From assembly GCA_964247055.1 (NCBI GenBank), contig OZ176051.1, positions 13,516,001 through 13,580,000 on the forward strand: DNA of 64,000 nucleotides, written 5' to 3'. The DNA is from Paragordius varius (lineage: Eukaryota > Animalia > Nematomorpha). Shown here one piece after another: positions 25,001 through 34,522 of the stretch. Made by a program: the position numbers and the translations under genes. The notes under the pieces were generated by a model that worked only from the letters and a program-made list of their open reading frames with translations, did not search any database and was not told where the DNA came from. Positions within the stretch are counted from its first letter, which is position 1, and every line of letters begins with the position of its first letter.

Positions 25001-26338
25001 CTTTGTAGCAGCAGACGATTTTGAAGGCATTGAAAAACTTTGGCATATACGTTTCGGAGATTGTTGATTTTGGATTCGTTGTCCATCAACATGATGATTT
25101 TTGGGGGATGGTTTGCTAGAAGTAGGTATTAATTGTTGTATTTTATTCTGAGAACTTTTATCAAACAGTGCATTACTTGATTTGACCTTCATACCTTCAG
25201 TATCATTAGAATGAATAGTAGATTGCTCAGAATTATTAGCAGCTAAACATTTTCTGCGCGTCAAATATTCCAACAATTTTGATTTTACTTCGGATGAAAT
25301 CGTTTTATTAGATAACTTAGTTGTGGTGAAAGGGACAAGACCAGAATGCGACTTATGTTGAGTAATATTGGCTGGATGTATCAAATTTCCTTGTTTAGCA
25401 TTCAAGGAATAGTTTTTTCGTTTAACTGAATTCTGCTCCTTTGTATTGTTATTTAACAAAGTGGAGGACTTTGAGGCTTTTAAGCGCCGTCGTGAGGTTG
25501 ACACTTTTTTGCCACACGCATTTGGGTTTAAAGGCCCAAATTGATCAATATTTCCAGCCAAATCATTTTGGTGGTTGATGTGGGAGGTTCGGGAGTTTGA
25601 AATATCATTATGCGACGAATACTTAATTAACTTATCATTGGAGTTTATGGTTTTCCCGTAAAGCATAGGATTACTGAATTTTTCAACATTGGGATGACAA
25701 AGTATTTGAGATATTTGAGCATTGTTGTATAAATTCTCAGTCATATAGGAGGAGGTTGGAGTTGCGTTGATAAAATAATTAGTTGGGTTAGTGAAGTTTA
25801 CATTGTTGTTTGTTTTAAGCAAATAAGCTAATTTGGGAAACGTGAATTTATTATCAACCGAGGTTTGATTCTGAGTAAGACTGTTGAAATGCGATGATAA
25901 ATATGGATTCACTGATTCTCTTTGACTGTTACTTAAAGTGCCAGACATCATCACTGAAAAAAAAGATTTTATAAATATTAATAGGTAAATGCGGGGCTAT
26001 ATGTTGCATTAGTTAAATTTGAGAAACAGCAATTTTAGCGCTTCGTTTCTACATATCATACAAAAAAATCAATAACTTCCTTGAAAACAGTAAATAGGCA
26101 CAACAAAGTTGTGTAAACAAAATAAAAAGAAATATTCTTATATAAAGAGAAATAATTAAAATGATGACATCATCTAGTCACGTACTAAAATTTATAGGGT
26201 TAATTGAGCTAAAAATAATATAAGGCTAAAAAAACATAATCAAATGTTATATTCATTGTTAATAATGAACATTTAAGATAATTTATATATAGGCGTACCT
26301 GGATAATTGTATAAAGATGACCTTCGGATATGTGTCAT
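17163..26338 (-). CDS. 7-exon gene for a ~940-aa Asn/Ser/Gln-rich, largely low-complexity protein of unknown function
   Basis: Exons 26338-26299, 25953-24636, 20184-19880, 19733-19447, 18456-18099, 17842-17790 and 17624-17163. All six junctions are GT-AG and phase-compatible (1,2,1,0,1,0). The total is 2823 nt with no internal stop, and an in-frame TGA lies just before the ATG. The donor at 19880 could alternatively be 19877. Confidence 0.85.
18775..18826. repeat. (TA)n microsatellite; others at ~17015, 21400, 28880, 45372, 45686, 47757, 51305 and 63088
   Basis: Directly visible dinucleotide runs. Confidence 0.95.
20219..20876. mobile_element. TACC-terminus foldback/MITE subfamily B (AATTCAAATTCACCC subterminal repeats) with a nested MITE
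   Basis: Left end TA|TACCATTTACAATTCAAATTCACC; the right end is degenerate (GGGTGAATTTGAACTGTA). The interior is homologous to 31297-31596, 53876-54203 and (inverted) ~18826-19060. Confidence 0.65.
20459..20663. mobile_element. MITE with AGGGCCATGGTGCACGAG TIRs (Kolobok- or Harbinger-like)
   Basis: Imperfect inverted arms of ~55 bp. The left flank is TTAA and the right flank is degenerate (TTGT), so the superfamily is not settled. Confidence 0.7.
21751..24433. mobile_element. Non-autonomous hAT element in intron 2 of the large gene
   Basis: Perfect 8-bp TSD TTCTATAT (21743-21750 and 24434-24441), TIRs CAGG(G/C)C(A/T)TCTTAAAC and subterminal GGGTCGCGACCCC. No recognisable transposase. Confidence 0.88.
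22310..23620. repeat. Degenerate ~165-bp tandem array (about 8 units, ~330-bp higher-order similarity) inside the hAT element
   Basis: The motif TATT(A/C)CC-GTAAAAAGGCAAAAATTT recurs at ~22320, 22482, 22647, 22813, 22976, 23148, 23310 and 23464. GAGAGCATATGGAATCAATCAT recurs at ~22617 and ~22947. Confidence 0.7.
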
Positions 26339-26573
26339 TCACTAAAAACACATGTAAAAATGTAAGTGGAGAAACTTAAGATCTGTAAATTTAGTTAATC
26401 AAATGTTAAAAATCTTTTTTATTGCATAAAAAAATTTTACTTCTAAAATTAACTCTTATCTTTGTATTTGTAAGCATTATATTAAAACATGATTTTTGTT
26501 AAATCAAAAAGGTATAAAAATACCTATATATACATATATAGATAAAAAATCTAATGGTGCTTTTTATATTTAA

Positions 26574-27154
26574 CACTTCGATTCAAATTGGGGTATCTAA
26601 ATACCCCAGACTAAATTTAAATTAATATTTTTAAAAAACTACTGAAGGAAACGGTCCCAATTTAAATTTATGCTTCTATCATGATAAAAATTATATAACT
26701 ATGCCAAAATATCTTGATAAAATTTTGTTTTGAAAAAAAAGTTCCATCTCAAACTACTTCGACGCCTTTTTATTTTACAAAATTCATGCAAAATATCGTT
26801 TTCATTTAATTTTAAGGGTAAAACTAAAGCTAATTTTTTATATAAATTACATCTAACATTGATAGAAATAGAAAAAGTGGTTTATTTTGTATTATTTTGT
26901 AATTTTATAATTTGACACATGTCACGTTGATAAAATTTTTACCTTTCGGTTTTTGCTTAAAATAAGTAATATCAAGTGTTTTTGAATAAAATTTTTTATA
27001 TATTTCGGTTTATTAATGTTATATAAGTGCAAAATTTTGCGATGGTTTCGATTCCTTCCATACTTAGTAAAGTATTTGATTTAAAACAAGCCTGGGGTAT
27101 CCAACTACCCCAATTTGAATCGAAGGATTAAAATGAGTGTGTTGTATCCAAGTG
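26574..27154. mobile_element. piggyBac-like non-autonomous element, copy 2
   Basis: TTAA|CACTT...AAGTG|TTAA (26570-26573 and 27155-27158), with an asymmetrically placed inner inverted repeat. Confidence 0.8.
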
Positions 27155-27508
27155 TTAATTTATCCACTTCCGCTGCCCTGAGGCGTGTAAAAGCGTAGGA
27201 AGGCGGTAAGGGTCGTCCTGTGCGGACAGTGACGGTAAGGAGCAAGCCTGTCACACCCTCTTCTGGATACCTGGATAGCGAAATCTGTGACCAATAAATT
27301 TCTTAAACACATTATTGTTGCTTTCTGAAAAATCATTATGAAGAAGGCAAAACAATATTATTTTATAATGGTAATGAACGGATTGGTTATGTTTTGTAAA
27401 TAACAGTTGTTAAAATCCGTAATATAATGATAAAGGATAATTAAATAGAATGAAATGAAATTATAAATAGAAATTATAAACGATATGTGAAACCCTTCGT
27501 CAATAGTA

Positions 27509-27551
27509 ATCGCAAACTAGTTTCGTGCTTGTTAGCACTCATCAGTACGAC
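27509..27551 (-). ncRNA. Minimal type I hammerhead ribozyme (left-arm copy)
   Basis: Exact reverse complement of the 27810-27852 ribozyme. Confidence 0.88.
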
Positions 27552-27809
27552 ACAACTATTTGACTTGGGGTTTTCACATATCGATTTCGTATATATATCC
27601 AACTTTGCAATTTTGGTATAAATGCAGTTGGTTTTACGAATTTAAATTAAATTTAATGTAATTTATGAAAATTAAACTGAAAATTTGAAAATAAACTGAA
27701 AATTAACTCTTTAATTTAAATTCGTAAAACCAACTGCATTTATACCAAAATTGCAAAGTTGGATATATATACGAAATCGATATGTGAAAACCCCAAGTCA
27801 AATAGTTGT

Positions 27810-27852
27810 GTCGTACTGATGAGTGCTAACAAGCACGAAACTAGTTTGCGAT
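27810..27852 (+). ncRNA. Minimal type I hammerhead ribozyme (Penelope-type, palindromic stem III)
   Basis: Stem I GUCGUA; core CUGAUGA (27816-27822); stem II GUGCU/AACA/AGCAC; GAAA (27837-27840); stem III AC-UA-GU; cleavage triplet GUU; stem I' UGCGAU. Stem I extends through pairing of 27778-27805 with 27855-27880. Confidence 0.88.
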
Positions 27853-28876
27853 TACTATTGACGAAGGGTTTCACATATCGTTTATAATTTCTATTTATAA
27901 TTTCATTTCATTCTATTTAATTATCCTTTATCATTATATTACGGATTTTAACAAATATTATTTTATATTTTAGATGTGGCTTGCGATGGTCGTAATTTTT
28001 CGTAAATGGGCTTATTTCAGATATAACTTTCATTATCTTTTTTATTTTTTGTCCTAGTTTACCTCTTTGGGTGCCAGATAACTAGTTTAAAAGTTATATA
28101 GGCAAAACTATCATACATTGCACTCATATAAAAAAGCTAATTTTTAGTTTGTTTTAGATTCTAAAATTGGGACAGCTTCGAAACACGATTGCGAACAGCT
28201 GATATATAAATCAAAATATATTAACTTTTTGCGCATATAATATAGCCTGAAAGAATATATTTTTTTAATCATAATATACATTTATTTGTCTTAGTTAAAA
28301 AAATTAAAGAAAATTGTGGCAAAGTTTGAGATGGGGATTTTTTTACAATTTTAAAATATTTTTTTTAATGCGCTTAAGACTAAAAATAGTAAACTTCGGA
28401 CTAGCTCAAATAGTCATTAAGTTTTTCAAAGTAAAATTCTCTCTGGGATATAATTCCAAAAGTTAATGGAGTTTTAAAGACTTACAAATAATCCAATTTT
28501 TCAGACTATATTGTCTAACACATTATCTGTGTTATGACTTTTTAGGGTAGTACACTCCAAAGCCATTTATAATTAAATCTTTAAAGATATCTAATAAATC
28601 AAGCCGAATTTAAAAAATTAGTTCACTTTCGACCACATATGAAGAACATTTTTGAAAATTTAAAATCGTTAAAAAATATCTTATATTTGCCGCCATTTTT
28701 GCATAAATTTTTTTGTGGAAAAAAATAAACAAATATATTATATTTATAAAATATATTTATTTCTACAAAGCTTGAAACATTTACCAATAAAATCTGGATT
28801 TTAATCAACGTTTCAATAGTCTTGAATTTGAGACTCTCCTATTCAAATCAATGAATATTAAATGCATGGAGCGTTA

Positions 28877-28916
<40 letters not shown>

Positions 28917-29846
28917 GATAATAATGTAACCAGTAGATTGTATACTATTTTTTAGGGAAAACTTGCCCCCTTCATCGTGTGAAAAAAATAAAATAATGAT
29001 TTAGTTAAATTCTTTATTTAAAAATCTTTTAGCAATATTTAATGGCGATATGAATGATTTTGCCAAAAAAATGTTCAATTTAAATACTTAAATGAAATAT
29101 TATATAGATTGTTATTATCCCGTAAATATGGAAACGTTAGATCAAGGCATCTCTAAATATAAAATTTGATTTGATTTTATTTATTATGACTTATAGAAAG
29201 TTGGACAATACTGATTTATATTTGTTATGAGAAAAATTTTTATTATCTCTAATTTCATATAAAACATGGTAAAATGTTTGGCTATCAAGCGCCAACGTAT
29301 TTAAATTTCATTAATTTTTTACCTCAATTATAAATTTAAAAATACACAAAACAGTCATTATTGCTTTTGAACACCAACTTAAGTAATCAATCACTGAGCG
29401 ATTTATGTTTCAGAGTTTTTATGATGATAGTTCTTAAAATAATTATTTCCAAAGGTTTAATATCAGCTGATTAGGATCTGTTTAGTTATATATCTAGCTG
29501 CTTTATAAAGGCTAAAATATTGTAGCCTCATTGACAACCAATAATAACTTGCCTACCTTTTCAACTATATTTCACTCTATTCCCCACTAAAATTTGTTAG
29601 TTAATTTTTTAACTTGAACCGCACCGCAGTATTCCAACAGTCAATCGCTTATTAATTTCAATAATCTGTCTGTCATACTTTGGTTTTATGCATAAAAATA
29701 CTAGCAGCTGCATTGTTCTACTTCTAACGTCAATGCCAACGAAATGATAGACCCTTAATTACTGATTTAGTTATTTCCAGTATCTGACCCTGCTTAATTT
29801 TCGCTCTTCGTGGTGAGAGCATTTGCTTAGGATTTTTTATATTTTA

Positions 29847-30372
29847 ATTCGACTAAATACTCCAGACTAAATTTAGGTTAGGATTTTCAAAAAAAAACTG
29901 AAGGAAACGGTCCCAATTTAAATTTATGCTTCTATCCTAATATAATTTATATAAATATGCCAAAATATCTAAATAAAAGTTTGTTTTGAAAAAAAGGTTT
30001 GGTGTCAAACTACTTCGACGCATTGTTTTGATTAAATTTTAAGGGTAAAATACGCTTAACCATTATTTAAATTATATGTATTGATAGAAATAGAAAGAGC
30101 GCTTTATTTTGTATTATCTTTTAATATTACCATTTCACACATGTCACATTGACGAAATTTTACCTTTGGGATTTAGCTTAAAATAAGTAATATGAAATAT
30201 TTTTGAATAATATTTTTTTATATGTTTCGGTTTATTTATGTTATATAACTGCAAAATTTTGCCATGGCTTCGATTCCTTTCATATTTTTTAAGGAATTTA
30301 ATTTTAAACAAGCCTGGGTTATCCAACTACTCCAATTTGAATCGAATGACTGAAATGATATGTTGTCAAGTG
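29847..30372. mobile_element. piggyBac-like non-autonomous element, copy 3 (left end partly deleted)
   Basis: Homologous to 26574-27154 throughout; the right end is AAGTG|TTAA at 30373-30376. Confidence 0.7.
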
Positions 30373-31296
30373 TTAAGCCAGAATTTATTTCCATGATTTA
30401 TGATCAAGCTCACATGAGTTTATCCTCTACTTAGATGCCATCTACGTTTATCTTGAATATTATTATGGATAATAGAATCTTAATAATTGTTTGATTTTTC
30501 ATTGTAATTAAAAATCAACTAAATGTTAATAGAACAGATTATAATCTAGCGACATTATTGTAAATATAATGCAAATATAAGTTTTATAACTCAATTTTAA
30601 ATTCCTTAACAATAAACTGATTGCAATATTTGTCTTTACATATTTTGGAACATACTAAGGAAACAAATTATAAAAGAGGCATTTAAATTATATATATTAA
30701 ATAAATTTTTGATTTTTTTATATCCAAGAAGCATTGTGTTATTACAAATTAGGGACATAGATTGGGGAAAAGATAAATTTGATAGTTAATGGTAATAGAA
30801 TATTATTATATATGTTAATTCTGAGTGCGCGATCAGGATTATTTTTATCATGATATTGAATATCGTATTTTATCGTTTCTTTATAACTATTTCTCTATAT
30901 TATGTTGCATTATTTTATATCAAAGAATTTAGTGTATTTACATTTTTAGATAATAGATATCAATATATTAAAAAGAGAAGCTTATAATTTCAAATAAGGT
31001 TTTTTAAGACTGATTTGTACATTTTCAAATTAAGCGGCCATGAAATTTTAAAGTAGTATATAATTTTTTTATATGTGTTCAACGTCCTAAATTTGTAATA
31101 AAATATAATACTTAAAGTAGGACGGCCAAAGGACAGAAGATAATTTTTTTACAATTTTGTAAAGTCGAATATTGTGAGATCTCAAGGGCAAACAAAATTT
31201 ATTGTTTTAAATATTATGCTGTTGTCACATATATTCCGTTAGTTGAATGTATCAGGATGCTCATGGTACTTTTGGTTTTGGGCTTTAAAAGTAGTT

Positions 31297-31596
31297 TACC
31301 TTTTACACTTCAAATTCACCCTTCCACAATTCAAATTTACCCTAAAACAAATCCCAATTTACACTATAATAAAATATGTGTTATTTAAGATTACATATTA
31401 CTTATTTATTTATATTTTTAAAAAAAGAAACTTTTTTGTAATTAAAATAATGCTGAAAATAATTAAACTAAGCCATAAAGATATATTTGGTATTTATAAT
31501 GTTATATTCCAGAAATATAATTTATTTTTGGGTGTTTTTAAATTGTTCAAGAGTGAATTTGAATCGTTCGAGGTTGAATTTGAATCGTAAATGTTA
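31297..31596. mobile_element. TACC-terminus foldback/MITE subfamily B copy
   Basis: TACCTTTTACACTTCAAATTCACCC...GAATTTGAATCGTAAATGTTA|TA. Confidence 0.7.
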
Positions 31597-32948
31597 TATA
31601 ATAAAAATATGATACTTTTGTGGTAATAGCTTCATAAAATCGCAAAATATGCACAAATTATGCTATATAATTTGATCTATGCTAAATGCCTCATTTTAAA
31701 AAATATCATTTTGTCATATACTATGTTTAAGAAACAATACTAAATTTCAAATGTGGGCTTCCCTCCCAATGCTTTTAAATATAAACGCAAAAAAGTCGAG
31801 TTTTTGCGATAATAAATTTTGAGATTTCATAAGATAACATCAATAATTATTTTTAGTTAGATTTTGATGAACCATATTTTACGGTATTTTGAACCATAGT
31901 AAGTAAAAAGGGTAAATATAAAAAATCATTTTTTATATTATTCAATGCGGTAACCATTTCTATCATAGAATTTGGATAAAGGTATTTTTCGACTTGAAAT
32001 TTAGGTACCTCTATGAAAAGCACATTTTATATTATAAGATAAATTCAAACAAATCTTTTAAAACTTCTGAGGCGATTATGGCTAATCTTTAGATGTCTGT
32101 GGTTCTTTTAGTCGTATGGATCTTGGATTCCAGGAAGATTAAAATGGGTTCAATATTATAAATTCTTTAAGATATATTAATTTCGAAAAAAGATTTTGAA
32201 AGATAAAGAATTGTTAATAAGATATTATGTTAAAACTAATCATAGATATTCTTTCCAGTATATATACGATGTGTGGCCATAATTTTATATTAAAAGCTAC
32301 TCAAGAATATCTAAATAATATTTAAAGCATGAAATATAATATATGACTTTTACGGTTTTGGCATGATTAAATATTTTTTAAACTTAAAATGGTTAGAAAT
32401 GGGCCTCAAGTTCTTTTGGCGTCATTTTCTCTTGAATTTTCATTTATTGAGCTAGAATAAGGGTTAAAAGAGTATTCAAATTTAGAAAGCTTTTAGAAAT
32501 ATTTTAGCAGCAATTTTTGAAATTATATGATTAAGTCAGCTGTTCCTTTCAATTAGGTTTTGGAGCTTTTTTTATTTTAGACTAGAAAAGTTAAGGACGG
32601 AATAAGCTTTCTATTACAGGAAAATAATTGATAATTATTAAAAAACAAAGCAATCCTTTATATACAAATTTAAGCTCTGGGATAAATCAAACTAAAAAAA
32701 TTAAAAGTTTATGAAGTCTTGAATGTATATTCATGTTCACTTATTGAGTTCATGCCATGCCTGATACATCCATTTTATTTAATAAATTACATTTACCAAG
32801 CGTATAACATTTTTCTTTTATATAATTTACCATAGCCTTCCAAGCATTAAAATACTTAATTCTCAAAATTCATATGTTAATGATGATGTATGTATGTGTA
32901 TGTGTAAGAATCAAATAATTTTATCACACGTGATTAAATAATATTGTA

Positions 32949-33560
32949 TTATGCCAAGGCTGGTGCAGCGGTCGTCATGGTTGAAGCTGTACTGCTACTT
33001 GCTGTTGAGGTCGTTGACGCAGCAGTAGACGCTGTCGATGCTGTGGAGGCCGTAGTTGGCGTGCTAACGGTTATGCTACTACTGATTATGTTAACTGTTG
33101 TTCCATCCGATAAAATGGTCGTATGTGAGACTGTAGTGAGGGTGTAAGAGCCATTTTTGTGGTACCTTGAGGTGTGGAGCTTTGTATTGGAGCTCGACTC
33201 CTGGACCGCATGCGTGGAACGAAAGGGAGACGAGTTCTAGAGATTCGTTTGCGAGTCATCCTCCTAGTCCGCACCGTCCGTCTAAATAAACGGGTCGTAG
33301 TTAATAATCTAGATCTTCTGGCTGGGTAAGTAATCCGAACCATAGCCACTGTTACTCGGCAAAAAGGACGACATTTATAAGGATCCTTTGGGCACCTCCG
33401 AACGATTGGTATGCATTCTTATAAAATGATTAATTTATAAAAAGCTCTAAAAACGCTTAATTACAATTAGGAAATGGGGCTTACTTGTTCTTTGGGCCTC
33501 GCTTGTGCACACCAAAAAAATGGCTATAATAGCCATTAATAAAACTTTTACGTACCACAT
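32949..33560 (-). CDS. Secreted protein: signal peptide, 4-Cys motif, Arg/Thr-rich segment and Ser/Thr/Ala mucin-like tail (one apparent frameshift)
   Basis: Exon 1 (33560-33485) gives MWYVKVLLMAIIAIFLVCTSEAQRT; a 67-nt GTAAG...AG intron follows. Exon 2 from 33417 gives KCIPIVRRCPKDPYKCRPFCRVTVAMVRITYPARRSRLLTTTRLFRR.... Adding one A to the A5 run at 33154-33158 joins it to NGSYTLTTVSHTT...STASTASTAASTTSTASSSTASTMTTAAPALA*. Confidence 0.75.
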
Positions 33561-34199
33561 TGATGATTTTGAGAAGATAATATATAAAAATAAAAAATTT
33601 GGACCCTTATTTATATAGCTTAATTGAACTATTGACATTTAACATCAATAAAATATTTGGCTGCCGCAAACACATTTACTTATATCTGAACCGGTGAATA
33701 TTTGGTTGTTATTATGCTACTTCATATTTTATAATATATGCGACAAGTCTAATAAAGTGAGAACTATTCGACAAAAAAAGGTTTGCAATCACAAAAAAAC
33801 TTTCAAAATATGTCTATTTTAAGGTCATATAAAAGGTTTTTACAATTTTCGATTATAATAAAATAATTCGCAGGTCACATCCTTTAGATTATATAATATT
33901 TTTAGTTATCAAATATTTTTGTTCAAAAAATCCTTTAAATACCTATTTGCCATTTTTGGCCTTTACAATATTTAAATTTTGACAATAAGTAAATATTCTT
34001 GTTTAAATTTTTATTTTTTATTTAGGGATTAATATATTAACTGGGTAAATTAAATATATTATATTTATTAAATGGAGAGAGATCAAAACAGGTATCAGTT
34101 ATTCCAACTATTAAAAGTAAAAATAACTATTCAAAGTGAGGGGAATATAGGAGGGCTTCCTAACGAATCTGAACCACATCCAGAACCCGGCTACTGAGA

Positions 34200-34263
34200 T
34201 TTTAGCAGTAACCAGTTAACCAGTTCTGTTGGGTCGGAATCAACCGGGTTCGGTTCCACCCCT
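34200..34263. mobile_element. hAT-like terminal fragment (AACCGG motifs, ending CCACCCCTA)
   Basis: GGAATCAACCGGGTTCGGTTCCACCCCTA; a related GGAATCAACCGGG occurs at ~39593. Confidence 0.4.
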
Positions 34264-34522
34264 AAAACAAGTAGTTCTCACATAGTTTCCTTAAAAATAG
34301 AGTTTTTTGTTAATAGATTGCATAATTACTTTTCTTCTAGTTTCCCATCAATATATAATGACCATCATAAAGTAAAAAATTTTTGATTCTTTTTATTTTT
34401 TAAAAAATTGATTATTTAATAACATTATTTTCTCGCAGATTATAAATTAAATTACAATGTTGACTTTATCTTACCTTTAACACTGAGAAAAATTACAGTA
34501 ATTATTTACGGAGATTAATTTA

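Larger units (their letters stand above)
27407..27954. repeat. Perfect inverted repeat: 245-bp arms (27407-27651 and 27710-27954) with a 58-bp spacer
   Basis: The arms were compared by eye and no mismatch or indel was found; the coordinate sums are equal at both ends (55361). Confidence 0.95.

Noticed and set aside
32944-33147. Plus-strand Ala/Val-rich ORF
   Set aside because: It is the antisense shadow of the Thr/Ser-rich minus-strand tail.
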